A stretch of DNA of 63,004 bases, counting the filler, from Octopus bimaculoides (taxonomy: Eukaryota), in assembly GCF_001194135.2 (NCBI RefSeq). It is 8 parts of 8 records of this genome, joined end to end, with 100 filler letters (N's around TTAATTAATTAA, not from the genome) between each part and the next. Parts side by side here need not be neighbours in the genome. Positions count along the whole stretch, not along the records: positions 50,546 to 53,563 come from NC_069003.1; positions 53,664 to 61,466 come from NC_068997.1; positions 61,567 to 63,004 come from NC_068984.1; 5 more parts are not named here. One strand, 5' to 3'. The number at the start of each line of letters is the position of its first letter. Position 1 is the stretch's first letter. Shown piece by piece: positions 52,854-63,004 of the stretch. The position numbers and the translations under genes were made by a program. Below the pieces are notes generated by a model. The model was given only the letters and a program-made list of their open reading frames with translations. It ran no database searches and was not told the origin of the DNA.

Positions 52854-53400
52854 ATGTATATGTATGTATATATATACGTGTGTGTGTGTTTGTCTCTATA
52901 TATTTATACATATATATGATGCATTACCATAAACTGGCTCCCTTCGTCAAGAGGGGAAACTGGCTGTTTGCCACGCTTTATATGCATCCTTCTGTTAGTT
53001 GCATATTCAAGACTTTTTGCCCCCTCTATCTGCTCAGTGATAAAATTACAACTATTACGTTATTCTAAGTTTTCAGAAACAGCTGTAGAGTTAAAGAAAA
53101 CTATGCATTCCCCTCTCCGTTTTTGGGGGGGATTTTTTATAATCCCTGTAAATATATTTGTTAATATATATCCGGGATATTTACAGTTTTTGTATATCCC
53201 TATATATATATCTACATGTATATGTATATCTGTATATTTATATATATCAAGCCTAATCGTGTTTATATCTGCAACCCTACACTCATACACACACACACAT
53301 ATATACATTTTGTTATTTATATATAACATAATACACATTATATATATAATACATATATTACATATATTTGAACATATATATATATATATATATATATATC

Positions 53401-53443
<43 letters not shown>

Positions 53444-53708
53444 ATATATGTATATATGTACGTATACTCACACACCCTCACACACATGTCGAACTATTAA
53501 GTTATGGGCCGTAAACAAACCAGCACCGCTTGCCAAGTGGGTCGGGAGACAAACGAACACACANNNNNNNNNNNNNNNNNNNNNNNNNNNNNNNNNNNNN
53601 NNNNNNNTTAATTAATTAANNNNNNNNNNNNNNNNNNNNNNNNNNNNNNNNNNNNNNNNNNNNTATATATATACTAGTTTCATTAACTGGTATTACCCCA
53701 GCTAAGAA

Positions 53709-53746
53709 GATCTGAAGAAGGAATTGTAATTCTGAAATATCATCGG
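53709..53746 (+). ncRNA. Candidate minimal hammerhead ribozyme
   Basis: GAT-CTGAAGA-A-GGAAT/tgta/ATTCT-GAAA-TATATC-ATC: canonical core, palindromic ATATAT stem III, AUC site, 3-bp stem I. Confidence 0.5.
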
Positions 53747-54823
53747 ACTATAGATAACCAAATTACAACAGGTATATAGTCCATTTTTTGTTCTATAGTG
53801 CATTGTTGTACCATTCTAAACCTTTTATTCTTTACAAACAATACACAATGCTTCAAGCGAACTACAATGCTCTCCTACAAAATATAAATATCCACACTAC
53901 CACGCTCGAAACGTACCTGTTATAACTCTTTATCTTGATTTGAATGTACATGAAGGTATTTAGAATGCCCAAACTTACTTCTGCAAATGTGCTAAACGTA
54001 GGATCAAAGTAAATGCAGTAAAAATAGGAGTGGGGTTAGTGGGGCCCCATTTAAGTGGCCCTTCAGAAATTGAACCTCCTTACGATACTCCCTGGGAGTT
54101 CATGGTATGAAATTTATTGTCATTGCTCCAATTTGGTTGTCAATGCCATATATTTAGTTTGAAATGCAGTAAAAGCTACATCCAGAAAAATCTAGCAGTT
54201 CTTAATCGTACTTTACCTGATGAAGTACTCGCAAACAGCTGTTGTTGAATAATATTCAAATACATAGTAATTATTAAAAGTAATCTTACATAACGTTATA
54301 TGAGTATGAACCCAGAAACTTAAAGCTGAGATGGAGTGCAGAAACATATGTTGTGATCCACTGTCAAAGCCTGTTAACTTCCATCTTGGTGTTATAATTG
54401 GGTTTAATACTGCTTGAGCCACTAAAATGAAATTTTAATAAGCCTGCTGGTTATTTGCAACATCAGTGTCTGAAAAAATGCTGATATTCTATATATCATA
54501 GCAGCAAGATTTGACTTATATGTGGTAATTGGTGCTTCCCACCGAGAAGGTCCAATAGACCTTAATCATATGATATGGGAATCCTGGCACTTATGACAGA
54601 CGAATTTCATCTACTATGATCTATGTGTATGCTTTTATGCACCAAGCACTCATATGAGGGGGTCTCTCAAGGCTAATAACAGAGAATCTGGTATTCTAAC
54701 ACACCATCCAAGTTAAATTTGATCTAAAGATTACCTTTTGGCATTATGTTATTAATACGGCTTCCATTACTAATAATCTATGTATATGTATATACTCATT
54801 TGCTGATTTCAGTCATTTGACTA

Positions 54824-55073
54824 CATCATCATCATCATCATCATCATCGTTTAACGTCCGCTTTCCATGCTAGCATGGGTTGGACGATTTGACTGAGGAC
54901 TGGTGAAACCGGATGGCAACACCAGGCTCCAGTCTGATTTGGCAGAGTTTCTACAGCTGGATGCCCTTCCTAACGCCAACCACTCAGAGAATGTAGTGGG
55001 TGCTTTTACGTGTCACCCGCACGAAAACGGCCACGCTCGAAATGGTGTCTTTTATGTGCCACCCGCACAAGCC
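54824..55073 (-). mobile_element. RTE-clade LINE 3' end with (CAT)n tail, cut by a gap
   Basis: Near-identical reverse complement of 36020-36270. Confidence 0.85.
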
Positions 55074-55535
55074 NNNNNNNNNNNNNNNNNNNNNNNNNNN
55101 NNNNNNNNNNNNNNNNNNNNNNNNNNNNNNNNNNNNNNNNNNNNNNNNNNNNNNNNNNNNNNNNNNNNNNNNNNNNNNNNNNNNNNNNNNNNNNNNNNNN
55201 NNNNNNNNNNNNNNNNNNNNNNNNNNNNNNNNNNNNNNNNNNNNNNNNNNNNNNNNNNNNNNNNNNNNNNNNNNNNNNNNNNNNNNNNNNNNNNNNNNNN
55301 NNNNNNNNNNNNNNNNNNNNNNNNNNNNNNNNNNNNNNNNNNNNNNNNNNNNNNNNNNNNNNNNNNNNNNNNNNNNNNNNNNNNNNNNNNNNNNNNNNNN
55401 NNNNNNNNNNNNNNNNNNNNNNNNNNNNNNNNNNNNNNNNNNNNNNNNNNNNNNNNNNNNNNNNNNNNNNNNNNNNNNNNNNNNNNNNNNNNNNNNNNNN
55501 NNNNNNNNNNNNNNNNNNNNNNNNNNNNNNNNNNN

Positions 55536-55605
<70 letters not shown>

Positions 55606-55619
55606 CACATATATATATA

Positions 55620-55872
55620 TTCTTTTACTTGTTTCAATCATTTGACTGTGGTCTTGCTGGAGCACCACCTTGAAGGGTTTTTAGTCGAACAAATCAACCC
55701 CAGGACTTATTTTTAAGCCTTGTACTTATTCTATCAGACCCTTTTGTCAAACTGCTGAGTTACAGGGATGTACACACCAACACCAGATGTCAAGCAGTGT
55801 TTGGGGACAAACATAGACACAAAGACACACACATATATATATGACAGGCTTCTTTCAGTTTCTGTCTACCAA
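55620..55872 (-). mobile_element. CORE-like SINE 3' two-thirds
   Basis: ttttacttgtttcaatcatttgactgtgg..gctggagcaccacc..ttagtcgaac..ggacttatt is the reverse complement of the 58.8-58.95 kb tail. Confidence 0.8.
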
Positions 55873-56018
55873 NNNNNNNNNNAATTCAAATAGAGGTTAT
55901 GTTGACCTCATGAAGGGATGGTATCATCCAGTGAAATACTGGTTCAATACCTAATATTTTGGGGGGCATGAAATAATAGGTTTATATATAAACCATGGTT
56001 CATAATCATGCAAATAAT

Positions 56019-56363
56019 GAATAAGAACATGGGGATATTGAAATTAATAAGGGTTTATTATCAGCAAAATATTGATCATTATCCCTTACAACTGTTTCAA
56101 TTAAGCTTAGTGAAGTTTAATAAATATTAAAATCATATTTCTGAGCTTAATCTTTCCAGACTCTGCCGTAATGATTCAAAAAACTAACACACAAAATATC
56201 TAAGGCTATATTTTTTCTCCCTCTGAAGAGATTAAGCTCAGAAATATGATTTCAATGTTTATTAAACTTCACTAAGCTTAATTGAAACAGCTGTAAGGGA
56301 TAATGATCGATATTTTGCTGATAATAAACTCTTATTAACTTCAATATCCCCATGTTCTTATTC
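56019..56363. mobile_element. Foldback/MITE with 135-bp inverted arms
   Basis: 56019-56153 versus the reverse complement of 56229-56363: 6 mismatches, no indels; 75-nt spacer. Confidence 0.9.
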
Positions 56364-56702
56364 TTCATATATATATATACACGGTTGTGTATACACATAC
56401 ACACACACACATGTTCATACAATAGGTTTCTGCAGAGTTTCCATTTACCAAATTCTACTAACAAAGCATTAGTCCCCCAAAGAGTGAAAGTACTGAATCT
56501 GTTGAAGACTTGGTTGTTGTATTTACTATTGAGTAAATCCAGATACAACAAAGAGATTCTTGCAGTGGTTTTTCTTGTTGTTATTTCTGTTTGTATTATG
56601 ATGGCAAGGAAGTCCATCTGTTTGGAATAGAATTCTTTGGATGAGTAGAAACAAACACACACACACATGTAGCCACTCACACACATCACATACACATGTA
56701 TG

Positions 56703-56934
56703 TTATTTCTTTACTACCCACAAGGGGCTACACACAGAGGGGACAAACAAGGACAAACAAACGGATTAAGTCGATTATATCGACTCCAGTGCGTAACTGG
56801 TACTTATTTAATCGACCCTGAAAGGATGAAAGGCAAAGTTGACCTTGGCGGAATTTGAACTCAGAACGTAGCGGCAGACGAAATACCGCTAAGCATTTCG
56901 CCTGGTGTGCTAACGTTTCTGCCAGCTCGCCGCC
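56703..56934 (-). mobile_element. tRNA-derived SINE, full length
   Basis: The minus strand starts ggcggcgagctggcagaaacgttagcac..gagttcaaattcc; same family as 14108-14331. Confidence 0.9.
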
Positions 56935-57049
56935 CTGTATGTATACAATTGTCCACAGTGTGTGTGTTTGTGAGAAGAGAGAGGATGAGAAAAGAAACTA
57001 GGTGAGATGAAGGGGAGGAGTAGGAGAACTAGTGAAACACCAAATGTTT

Positions 57050-57950
57050 CTAATTTATCATATGGGAGCAAAATGTGTGGTGGGGTTGGTGGTGGTGGTG
57101 GTGGTGGTGGTGNNNNNNNNNNNNNNNNNNNNNNNNNNNNNNNNNNNNNNNNNNNNNNNNNNNNNNNNNNNNNNNNNNNNNNNNNNNNNNNNNNNNNNNN
57201 NNNNNNNNNNNNNNNNNNNNNNNNNNNNNNNNNNNNNNNNNNNNNNNNNNNNNNNNNNNNNNNNNNNNNNNNNNNNNNNNNNNNNNNNNNNNNNNNNNNN
57301 NNNNNNNNNNNNNNNNNNNNNNNNNNNNNNNNNNNNNNNNNNNNNNNNNNNNNNNNNNNNNNNNNNNNNNNNNNNAATTTATCATATGGGAGCAAAATGT
57401 GTGGTGGGGTTGGTGGTGGTGGTGGTGGTGGTGGTGGTGGTGGTGGTGGTGGTGGTGTGCATGATGATGGCAGTGAAGGTGGTGTGGCAATGGATATGAT
57501 GATGAATAGGGGTAAAACTGGTGGTGATAGCAATGAAAATGAGAATGATGAAGATGATAATAGTAGTGGTGGTAGTGCTGATGGTGACGAGGATGATGAT
57601 GATGATGATGATGATGACTGTGGTGACAAGACAGAAGATGAAGATGATGATGATGATAATGATGGTGATGAGAATGGTGGTGATAGCAATGAAAATTAGG
57701 ATGATGGAGATAATGGTAGTGGTGGTAGCAATGGAAGAGATAGTGGTAATGGTAATGGCAGCAAAGACTGCTATGATGATGGATCATCATCATCATCATT
57801 ATCATCATCATCATCATAAGTTTCAATGGTGGTGGAGGAGGACTCCTAAAGTGATGATGAGAGATGACAGGTGTGGTATTTGCGGTGCTTATGCTGATGA
57901 TGGTGATGGCTGTGATGATGATGATGATGATGATGATAGAAGTAAATAAA
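57050..57950 (+). repeat. (GGT)n/(GAT)n/(CAT)n compound trinucleotide low-complexity region with a gap
   Basis: Directly visible; it generates the poly-G, -D, -H and -M pseudo-ORFs. Confidence 0.95.
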
Positions 57951-58563
57951 TCAACACTGGCAATAAGCACACCAAACAACAGGACAACTAACAAACCCTT
58001 ACAACTCATCCACACTTTAGAGAACCCAGTTTGTTTATTTTATATCTCCTGTTCCAATTTTGTATCTTTTTTTGTTCATTTTTCTTCAATTTCTTGACTT
58101 AAATCACTCACTGGTTCAGGGAAGAGCCAATGAGAAAGCCTGTACTCCAACTCTACTTCCTATCAATCACACCCTCCCATCTTAAACAAGGAAGACAGGC
58201 AAACAAGAGAGCCAAACTTTATATCAGTTATTCTCAACCATTTTTTTGCCTATGGACCCATTTGGCTCCTATTTTTTACTCTACTAGTCACTTTATTTTT
58301 CACGTTGCTCCAGTCCACTCGGCTGGCAAAAATTATTAGTACCTGTAGTTCAAAGGGCCAGCCTCGTCACGTTCAGTGTCATGCTGAATCTCCCTGAGAA
58401 CTACGTTAACCCTTTAGCATTCAAACCAACTATATCAGGCCCAAATATTCTACCTGTTTTGTGTTCAGCCTGATCAGATCAGGCCTCTCACAACTACCCT
58501 GCAATGTTATTCTGAAAATAAACAATATCATCATTGGAATCTGAAAGATTTGGAATAATCTTA

Positions 58564-58952
58564 GGTGCAGGAGTGGCTGTGTGGTAAGTAGCTTGCTTAC
58601 CAACCACATGGTTCTGGGTTCATTCCCACTGTGTGGCACCTTGGGCAAGTGTCTTCTGCTATAGCCTCAGGCCGACCAAAGCCTTGTGAGTGGATTTGGT
58701 AGACGGAAACTGAAAGAAGCCCGTCGTATATATGTAAGTATGTATGTATTTGTGGGTCTGTGTTTGTCCCTCCCCACCATCGCTTGACAGCCAATGGTGG
58801 TGTGTTTGCGTCCCCATAACTTAGTGGTTCGGGGAAAAGAGACCGATAGAATAAGTACTAGGCTTACAAAGAATAAGTCCTAGGGTTGAATTGATCGACT
58901 AAAGGCGGTGCTCCAGCATGGCTGCAGTCAAATGACTGAAACAAGTAAAAGA
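58564..58952 (+). mobile_element. Full-length tRNA-derived CORE-like SINE
   Basis: A-box TGGCTGTGTGG, B-box-like GGGTTCATTCC, CORE-like GGCACCTTGGGCAAGTGTCTT, internal (TA/TG) patch and the family tail. Octopus OR-type SINEs are reported CORE-SINEs; assignment to them is an inference. Confidence 0.85.
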
Positions 58953-59424
58953 TTAATGCCTGATTAATTCAAAACAATTTGAATGAATACACATTGCAGG
59001 TGATGGAATAATGTAAATGTTACAGGGTTAAGGGTATGCATGTTTGTGAAATGCTCAGCTGCTTGTGTGTTAATTTCATGAGCATGATGTTCTGTTGATT
59101 GGATCAACTGAAAACTTCATTGTTGTAACCAACAGAGTGCCAGTTGATGCTTCTACATCCATTGTTGTATTTCTTATTTTGCATTCTCCTGATTACAAGA
59201 GCTAAAGGTGTTATAGACCAGTTTGAATTTGTGCCAAAGGCTGATAGACCAAAGTAGTATAGAAACATTCCTAGAGTTACCTTGATTCCAAATATGAGGT
59301 ATGTGTTGGGGGTTAAACCCCAGTAGGGTGGATCTATGAACCAAGAAGCCATACTGATCAACAACCACAAGCACAGAGATTTGTATTAATTTGCATTGAT
59401 TTTTTTACTTACTCAGCTTTAGAG

Positions 59425-59761
59425 CACTGGTTCTCAATCAGTGTCCATATGACCGAGGGGATCTATATAATATTTTGGTGGTCCACACAAGCAAAATAGT
59501 AAATTGGGGATCTGCAATAGTATCTTAAAGGTCCAGGAAAAAATTTTACTTTAGATGTATTTTTTGCAAGAAACAGCTAAGTTTCTTTCCCAAACATTTT
59601 ACATAATTCAACCTACATAAGTTAATGTGTGAAAAACAAAATAGGAAATTTGAAAGAAGTTTTTAAAACTTTGAATGGCTTTAGGGTGGTGGGATCTCTA
59701 CCAGGATAGAATAGTAATCAGAGGGATCGATAGATTTTTAAAAAATGGTTAAAAACCACTG
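59425..59761. mobile_element. hAT-Charlie-type MITE
   Basis: Ends CACTGGTTCTCAATC and GGTTAAAAACCACTG; exact 8-bp TSD CTTTAGAG at 59417-59424 and 59762-59769, fitting the Charlie TAGA-centred target preference. Confidence 0.9.
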
Positions 59762-59911
59762 CTTTAGAGCAATTAATATACATAGAAAGGGGAGGAAGAG
59801 AAAGTGCAGGTATGATCAGCAGCCATGTGGTTTTGAGTTCAGTTGCATTCTGCAACACCTTGAGCAAATGTCTTGTACTAATGTGTCAGCCTGGCCAAAG
59901 CCTTACATATA

Positions 59912-61466
59912 GATAAGGTTCTGTTCTCAGCCCCCTCCTATTTATCATAGTCCTCCAGGCTATAACAGAGGAATTCAAGACAGGATGCCCCTGGGAGCTC
60001 CTCTATGCTGATGACCTTGCACTAATTGCGGAGTTACTATCAGAACTAGAGGAGAAGTTTCAGGTGTGGAAGCAAGGACTAGAATCGAAGGGCCTTAGAG
60101 TCAACCTAGCTAAAACCAAAGTCCTAATAAGTAGGAAGGCAGACAAAACACAAACCCCTTCGGGTAGATGGCCCTGCTCAATCTGTAGAAAAGGAGTGGG
60201 TAGTAACTCTATAAGATGCACCAAATGCAAGCTATGGACACATAAGAGGTGCAGCAATATCAAAGGAAGGTTAACTAGGAAGTTAGTTTTTGTATGTAGC
60301 AGATGTTCAGGAGCTATAAATACTGTGAATGTGCAGAAAACAACTTCTGCCACATTCCAGGGAGAAAAACTAGAAGTGGTTGATAGCTTCCGCTATCTTG
60401 GTGACCAAATTAGCAGTGGGGGTGGGTGCGCTGAAAGCGTAGCTGCTAGAATTAGAATAGCCTGGGCAAAGTTCTGAGAGCTCTTACCTCTGCTGGCGAC
60501 AAAGGGTCTCTCTCTCAGAGTAAAAGGCAGATTGTATGACGCATGTGTACGAACAGCCATACTTCATGGCAGTGAAACATGGGCCGTGACTGCTAAGGAC
60601 ACGCGTAGGCTTGCAAGGAATGAAGCCAGTATGCTCCGATGGATGTGTAATGTCAGTGTGCATACTAGACAGAGTATCAGTACCTTGAGAGAAAAGTTGA
60701 ACTTACGAAGCATCAGTTGTAGTATGCAAGAGAGACGATTGTGCTGGTATGGTCATGTAGCGAGAATGGATGAGCATAGCTGCGTGAAAAAGTGCCACAC
60801 CTTAGCAGTTGAGGGAACCTGCGAAAGAGGTAGGCCCAGGAAGACCTGGGATGAGGTGGTGAGGCACGACCTTCAAACATTGGGCCTCACTGAGGCGATG
60901 ACTTCTGACCGAGACCTTTGGAAATATACTGTGCATGAGAAGACCTGGTAAGCCAAGTGAGACCTAAATCTATGGCCTCAGCCAGTCCACTTATGCGTAC
61001 CTTCCTTCATTGGACACCAAACTCCACTTGCGAATACCTGTTGAGGCAAGTGAAATCGAAATCGAATTAAACTGGACACTAAACTCCACTTGCGAAGACC
61101 TGTTGAGGCAAGTGAAATCGAAATCGAGTTAAATTAGACTGGCACCCATGCCAATGCCGTCTCCTTCATTAGACACGAAACTCAGGTTGCGAAGACTTAT
61201 TGAGGCAAGCGAAATCGAAATCGTGATGGCCCCTGTGCCCAGCGTCCCCTTTCTGGCACCTGTGCCCGCAGCATGTGTATGGACCTTCAAGTGGGATCGT
61301 TGCCGGTGCCCCTGGAGTGGCTCATGTGCGGGTGACACATGAGGTGCACCATTTTGGGCGTGGCCGTTGCCAGTGCCGCCTGGCTGGCCTTCGTGTGATT
61401 TTCGATCGAGATCGTTGCTGGTGCCCCTGGACTGGCTCTTGTGCAGGCGATGCATGAAGTTTTTCA
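59912..61466 (+). mobile_element. RTE-clade LINE, 5'-truncated: RT C-terminal half with an internal PHD-like finger, plus 3' UTR
   Basis: GSVLSPLLF..CPWELLYADDL (YADD at 60004-60015); FRYLG; RIRIAWAKF; LHGSETW; RLCWYGHVARM; GRPRKTW. One internal stop near 60475; the UTR has a 62-nt tandem repeat. Confidence 0.9.
61011..61222 (+). repeat. 62-nt tandem repeat in the RTE 3' UTR (2 units plus 1 displaced partial unit)
   Basis: tggacac.aaactccacttgcgaa.acctgttgaggcaagtgaaatcgaaatcga starts at 61011 and 61073; a third diverged unit lies at about 61170-61222. Confidence 0.85.
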
Positions 61467-61566
61467 NNNNNNNNNNNNNNNNNNNNNNNNNNNNNNNNNN
61501 NNNNNNNNNNTTAATTAATTAANNNNNNNNNNNNNNNNNNNNNNNNNNNNNNNNNNNNNNNNNNNN

Positions 61567-61869
61567 AGGGCAGAAATCTCTAAGGTCGTATCTATCTAAA
61601 TATACATCGTCATATGTCAATCTAAGTAGGAGGCCCAGGTCTTCTGTGTTGACTTTTTGGAACTCTACTTCGCTCTCGTTGATCATCTCCACGCACTTTT
61701 CCACTGCAAAATCCACGTCGACAGATGGGTATAGTGATACCACATCCATGCTACCCACTATACACCCTGTCAGGTTGCAAGTGTTGTTGCAGTCGTTGAT
61801 CCTGCTGAGGAGATCTTCCGTGCTGTCACAGACATCAGGTGACATCTGGATTATGGGGCGTATGATCAT

Positions 61870-61870
<1 letters not shown>
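61567..61870 (-). mobile_element. PLE reverse transcriptase fragment of a different clade from the 39 kb copy
   Basis: STEDLLSRI..IVGSMDVVSLYPSVD..AVEKC..ELGL-like insertion..FCP; the (TA)n tract interrupts its 5' side and a gap cuts its 3' side. Confidence 0.7.
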
Positions 61871-61910
<40 letters not shown>

Positions 61911-62650
61911 CAGACTGTCCTCATTTAACTACCTACCTATTTAACAACCGTTCAGAGTTACGACGAACTTTATGAGCCGTCATTACATATTTTACAAAAT
62001 ATAGAAACTTTAAAACTTTGACTGTCGTATTGTGCGCTGTACAAGAACTGCTGTCATGACGGCAGCGCATCCTGAGCACCCAGCCTAACCCTCCAACACA
62101 CTCGCTCTCTCACTCACCCGCCCGTGGTCAGCCAGGCAACACAGTGACGCTCTTTGTACCTATATTACTATTACAACATTGCAGACATTTATGCAAGTTG
62201 TGAGGAAGTGACTTAAAAATGTATGCAAGGCATATGGAAAAAAATGCCTAAAACGTTTTGTGAATGACTTTGAAGGCTTCAATAATGAGGAGCATGTCGG
62301 GAGTATAAATCGAAGAGTTGTGGACCTTGCTAATGAACTGAATTTGGAAGTGGAAGTGAACGACATTCAAGAATTAGTGGAATATGAAGAGGGCGAGCTA
62401 ACTACAGAAGATTTGATCGAATTGGAAGCATTGCAGCACGTGGAAGGAGAAGAAGAAGAAGAATGAACAGAAGTACAAAAGAAGTTCACCGTCAAGGGAT
62501 TAGCGAGTGTTTTCTTGAAGATTAATTCTGCTATGCTAGAACTTGAGGCGACGGATCCAAATTTTGAACGATTTTCCAAGGTGGAAAGGCAGACAACTGA
62601 ACTTTTCCGATGTTATTGAGAAATTTATGATGAAAAAGAGAAAATAACAA
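61911..62650 (+). mobile_element. Tigger/pogo-like DNA transposon remnant
   Basis: Starts CAGACTGTCCTC right after TA; translation ..CMQGIWKKCLKRFVNDFEGF..VVDLANELNLEVEVNDIQELV..ELTTEDLIELE resembles the Tigger transposase C-terminus. The right TIR was not identified. Confidence 0.7.
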
Positions 62651-63004
62651 AGCAAACAACACTGATGGGATTTTTCATGCATTTTGATGTCAAGAACAAG
62701 TTGTTTTTGTAATCTTTATCCAAAGTAAAACAAAGTTATTATGTTTGAGTTTCCTTTAAACCTTTTCACCTTTTCTACATAATCCTGAGAAAAGTTTATT
62801 AGGCATCTTATGTACTGCGCCTAGAATCATAAACATACTTACAATGTCTGAGTTACAATAATACAGTATCCATATCCTAACTTTTATGGTTTTCCTTGTG
62901 ATAATCTTACTGTTACTTATTCATTTTTCAACAATTTATGTTAGTGATTCTTGGACCTGTACTGCATATACTTTATACAGTACGGTATTCTGTTTTTATA
63001 TGTA

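Noticed and set aside
57052-57440. Identical 60-nt segment on both sides of a gap (57052-57112 and 57376-57436)
   Set aside because: Most likely an unmerged contig overlap at a (GGT)n tract rather than a real duplication.
57050-58015. Long poly-His, -Asp, -Gly and -Met ORFs, including an apparent acidic protein
   Set aside because: Translations of trinucleotide microsatellites and Ns, with no splice or codon-complexity support.
58224-58545. Possible additional MITE ends (cagttattctcaacc at 58224; ttaaccctttagcattc at about 58405)
   Set aside because: Only one end of each is visible, with no matching TIR or TSD, so neither can be delimited.
61011-61222. Regular repeats as a possible CRISPR-like array
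   Set aside because: Head-to-tail 62-nt tandem units with no unique spacers, inside a LINE UTR in a eukaryote.
1-63004. Fanzor/TnpB, viral or bacterial (HGT) genes
   Set aside because: No RuvC-type motifs, no gene-dense segment and no long intact ORF; every recognisable coding trace is transposon-derived.

Overview
This is AT-rich, repeat-dense eukaryotic DNA with many assembly gaps. The SINE, RTE and R4/Dong repeat content suggests a coleoid cephalopod, most likely an octopus; this is inferred from repeat families, not from a marker gene. I found no intact host gene, rRNA, functional tRNA or CRISPR array, and most ORFs in the track are microsatellite or antisense artefacts. The window is a transposon graveyard. 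It holds a roughly 12 kb nest of R4/Dong-type (restriction-like endonuclease) LINEs chained head-to-tail through (AAT)n tracts at 18.4-30.5 kb, at least five Penelope-like element (PLE) fragments, RTE and CR1/L2-type LINE remnants, and several tRNA-derived SINE families. DNA transposons include mariner, maT (DD37D), Tigger/pogo and a hAT-Charlie MITE, plus two foldback MITEs. The most interesting signals are RNA-level. Minimal hammerhead-ribozyme motifs occur at 6785-6830, 12045-12082, 30654-30690, 51797-51834 and 53709-53746. One of them lies in the tail of a tRNA-headed SINE-like element arranged as an inverted pair, which suggests a PLE-mobilised, ribozyme-bearing SINE. There is also a perfectly paired 107-nt three-way-junction element at 43620-43726 and a MITE with a perfect 37-bp TIR carrying (TTAGGG)n at its centre. 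All identities and mismatch counts were made by eye; no database search was run.
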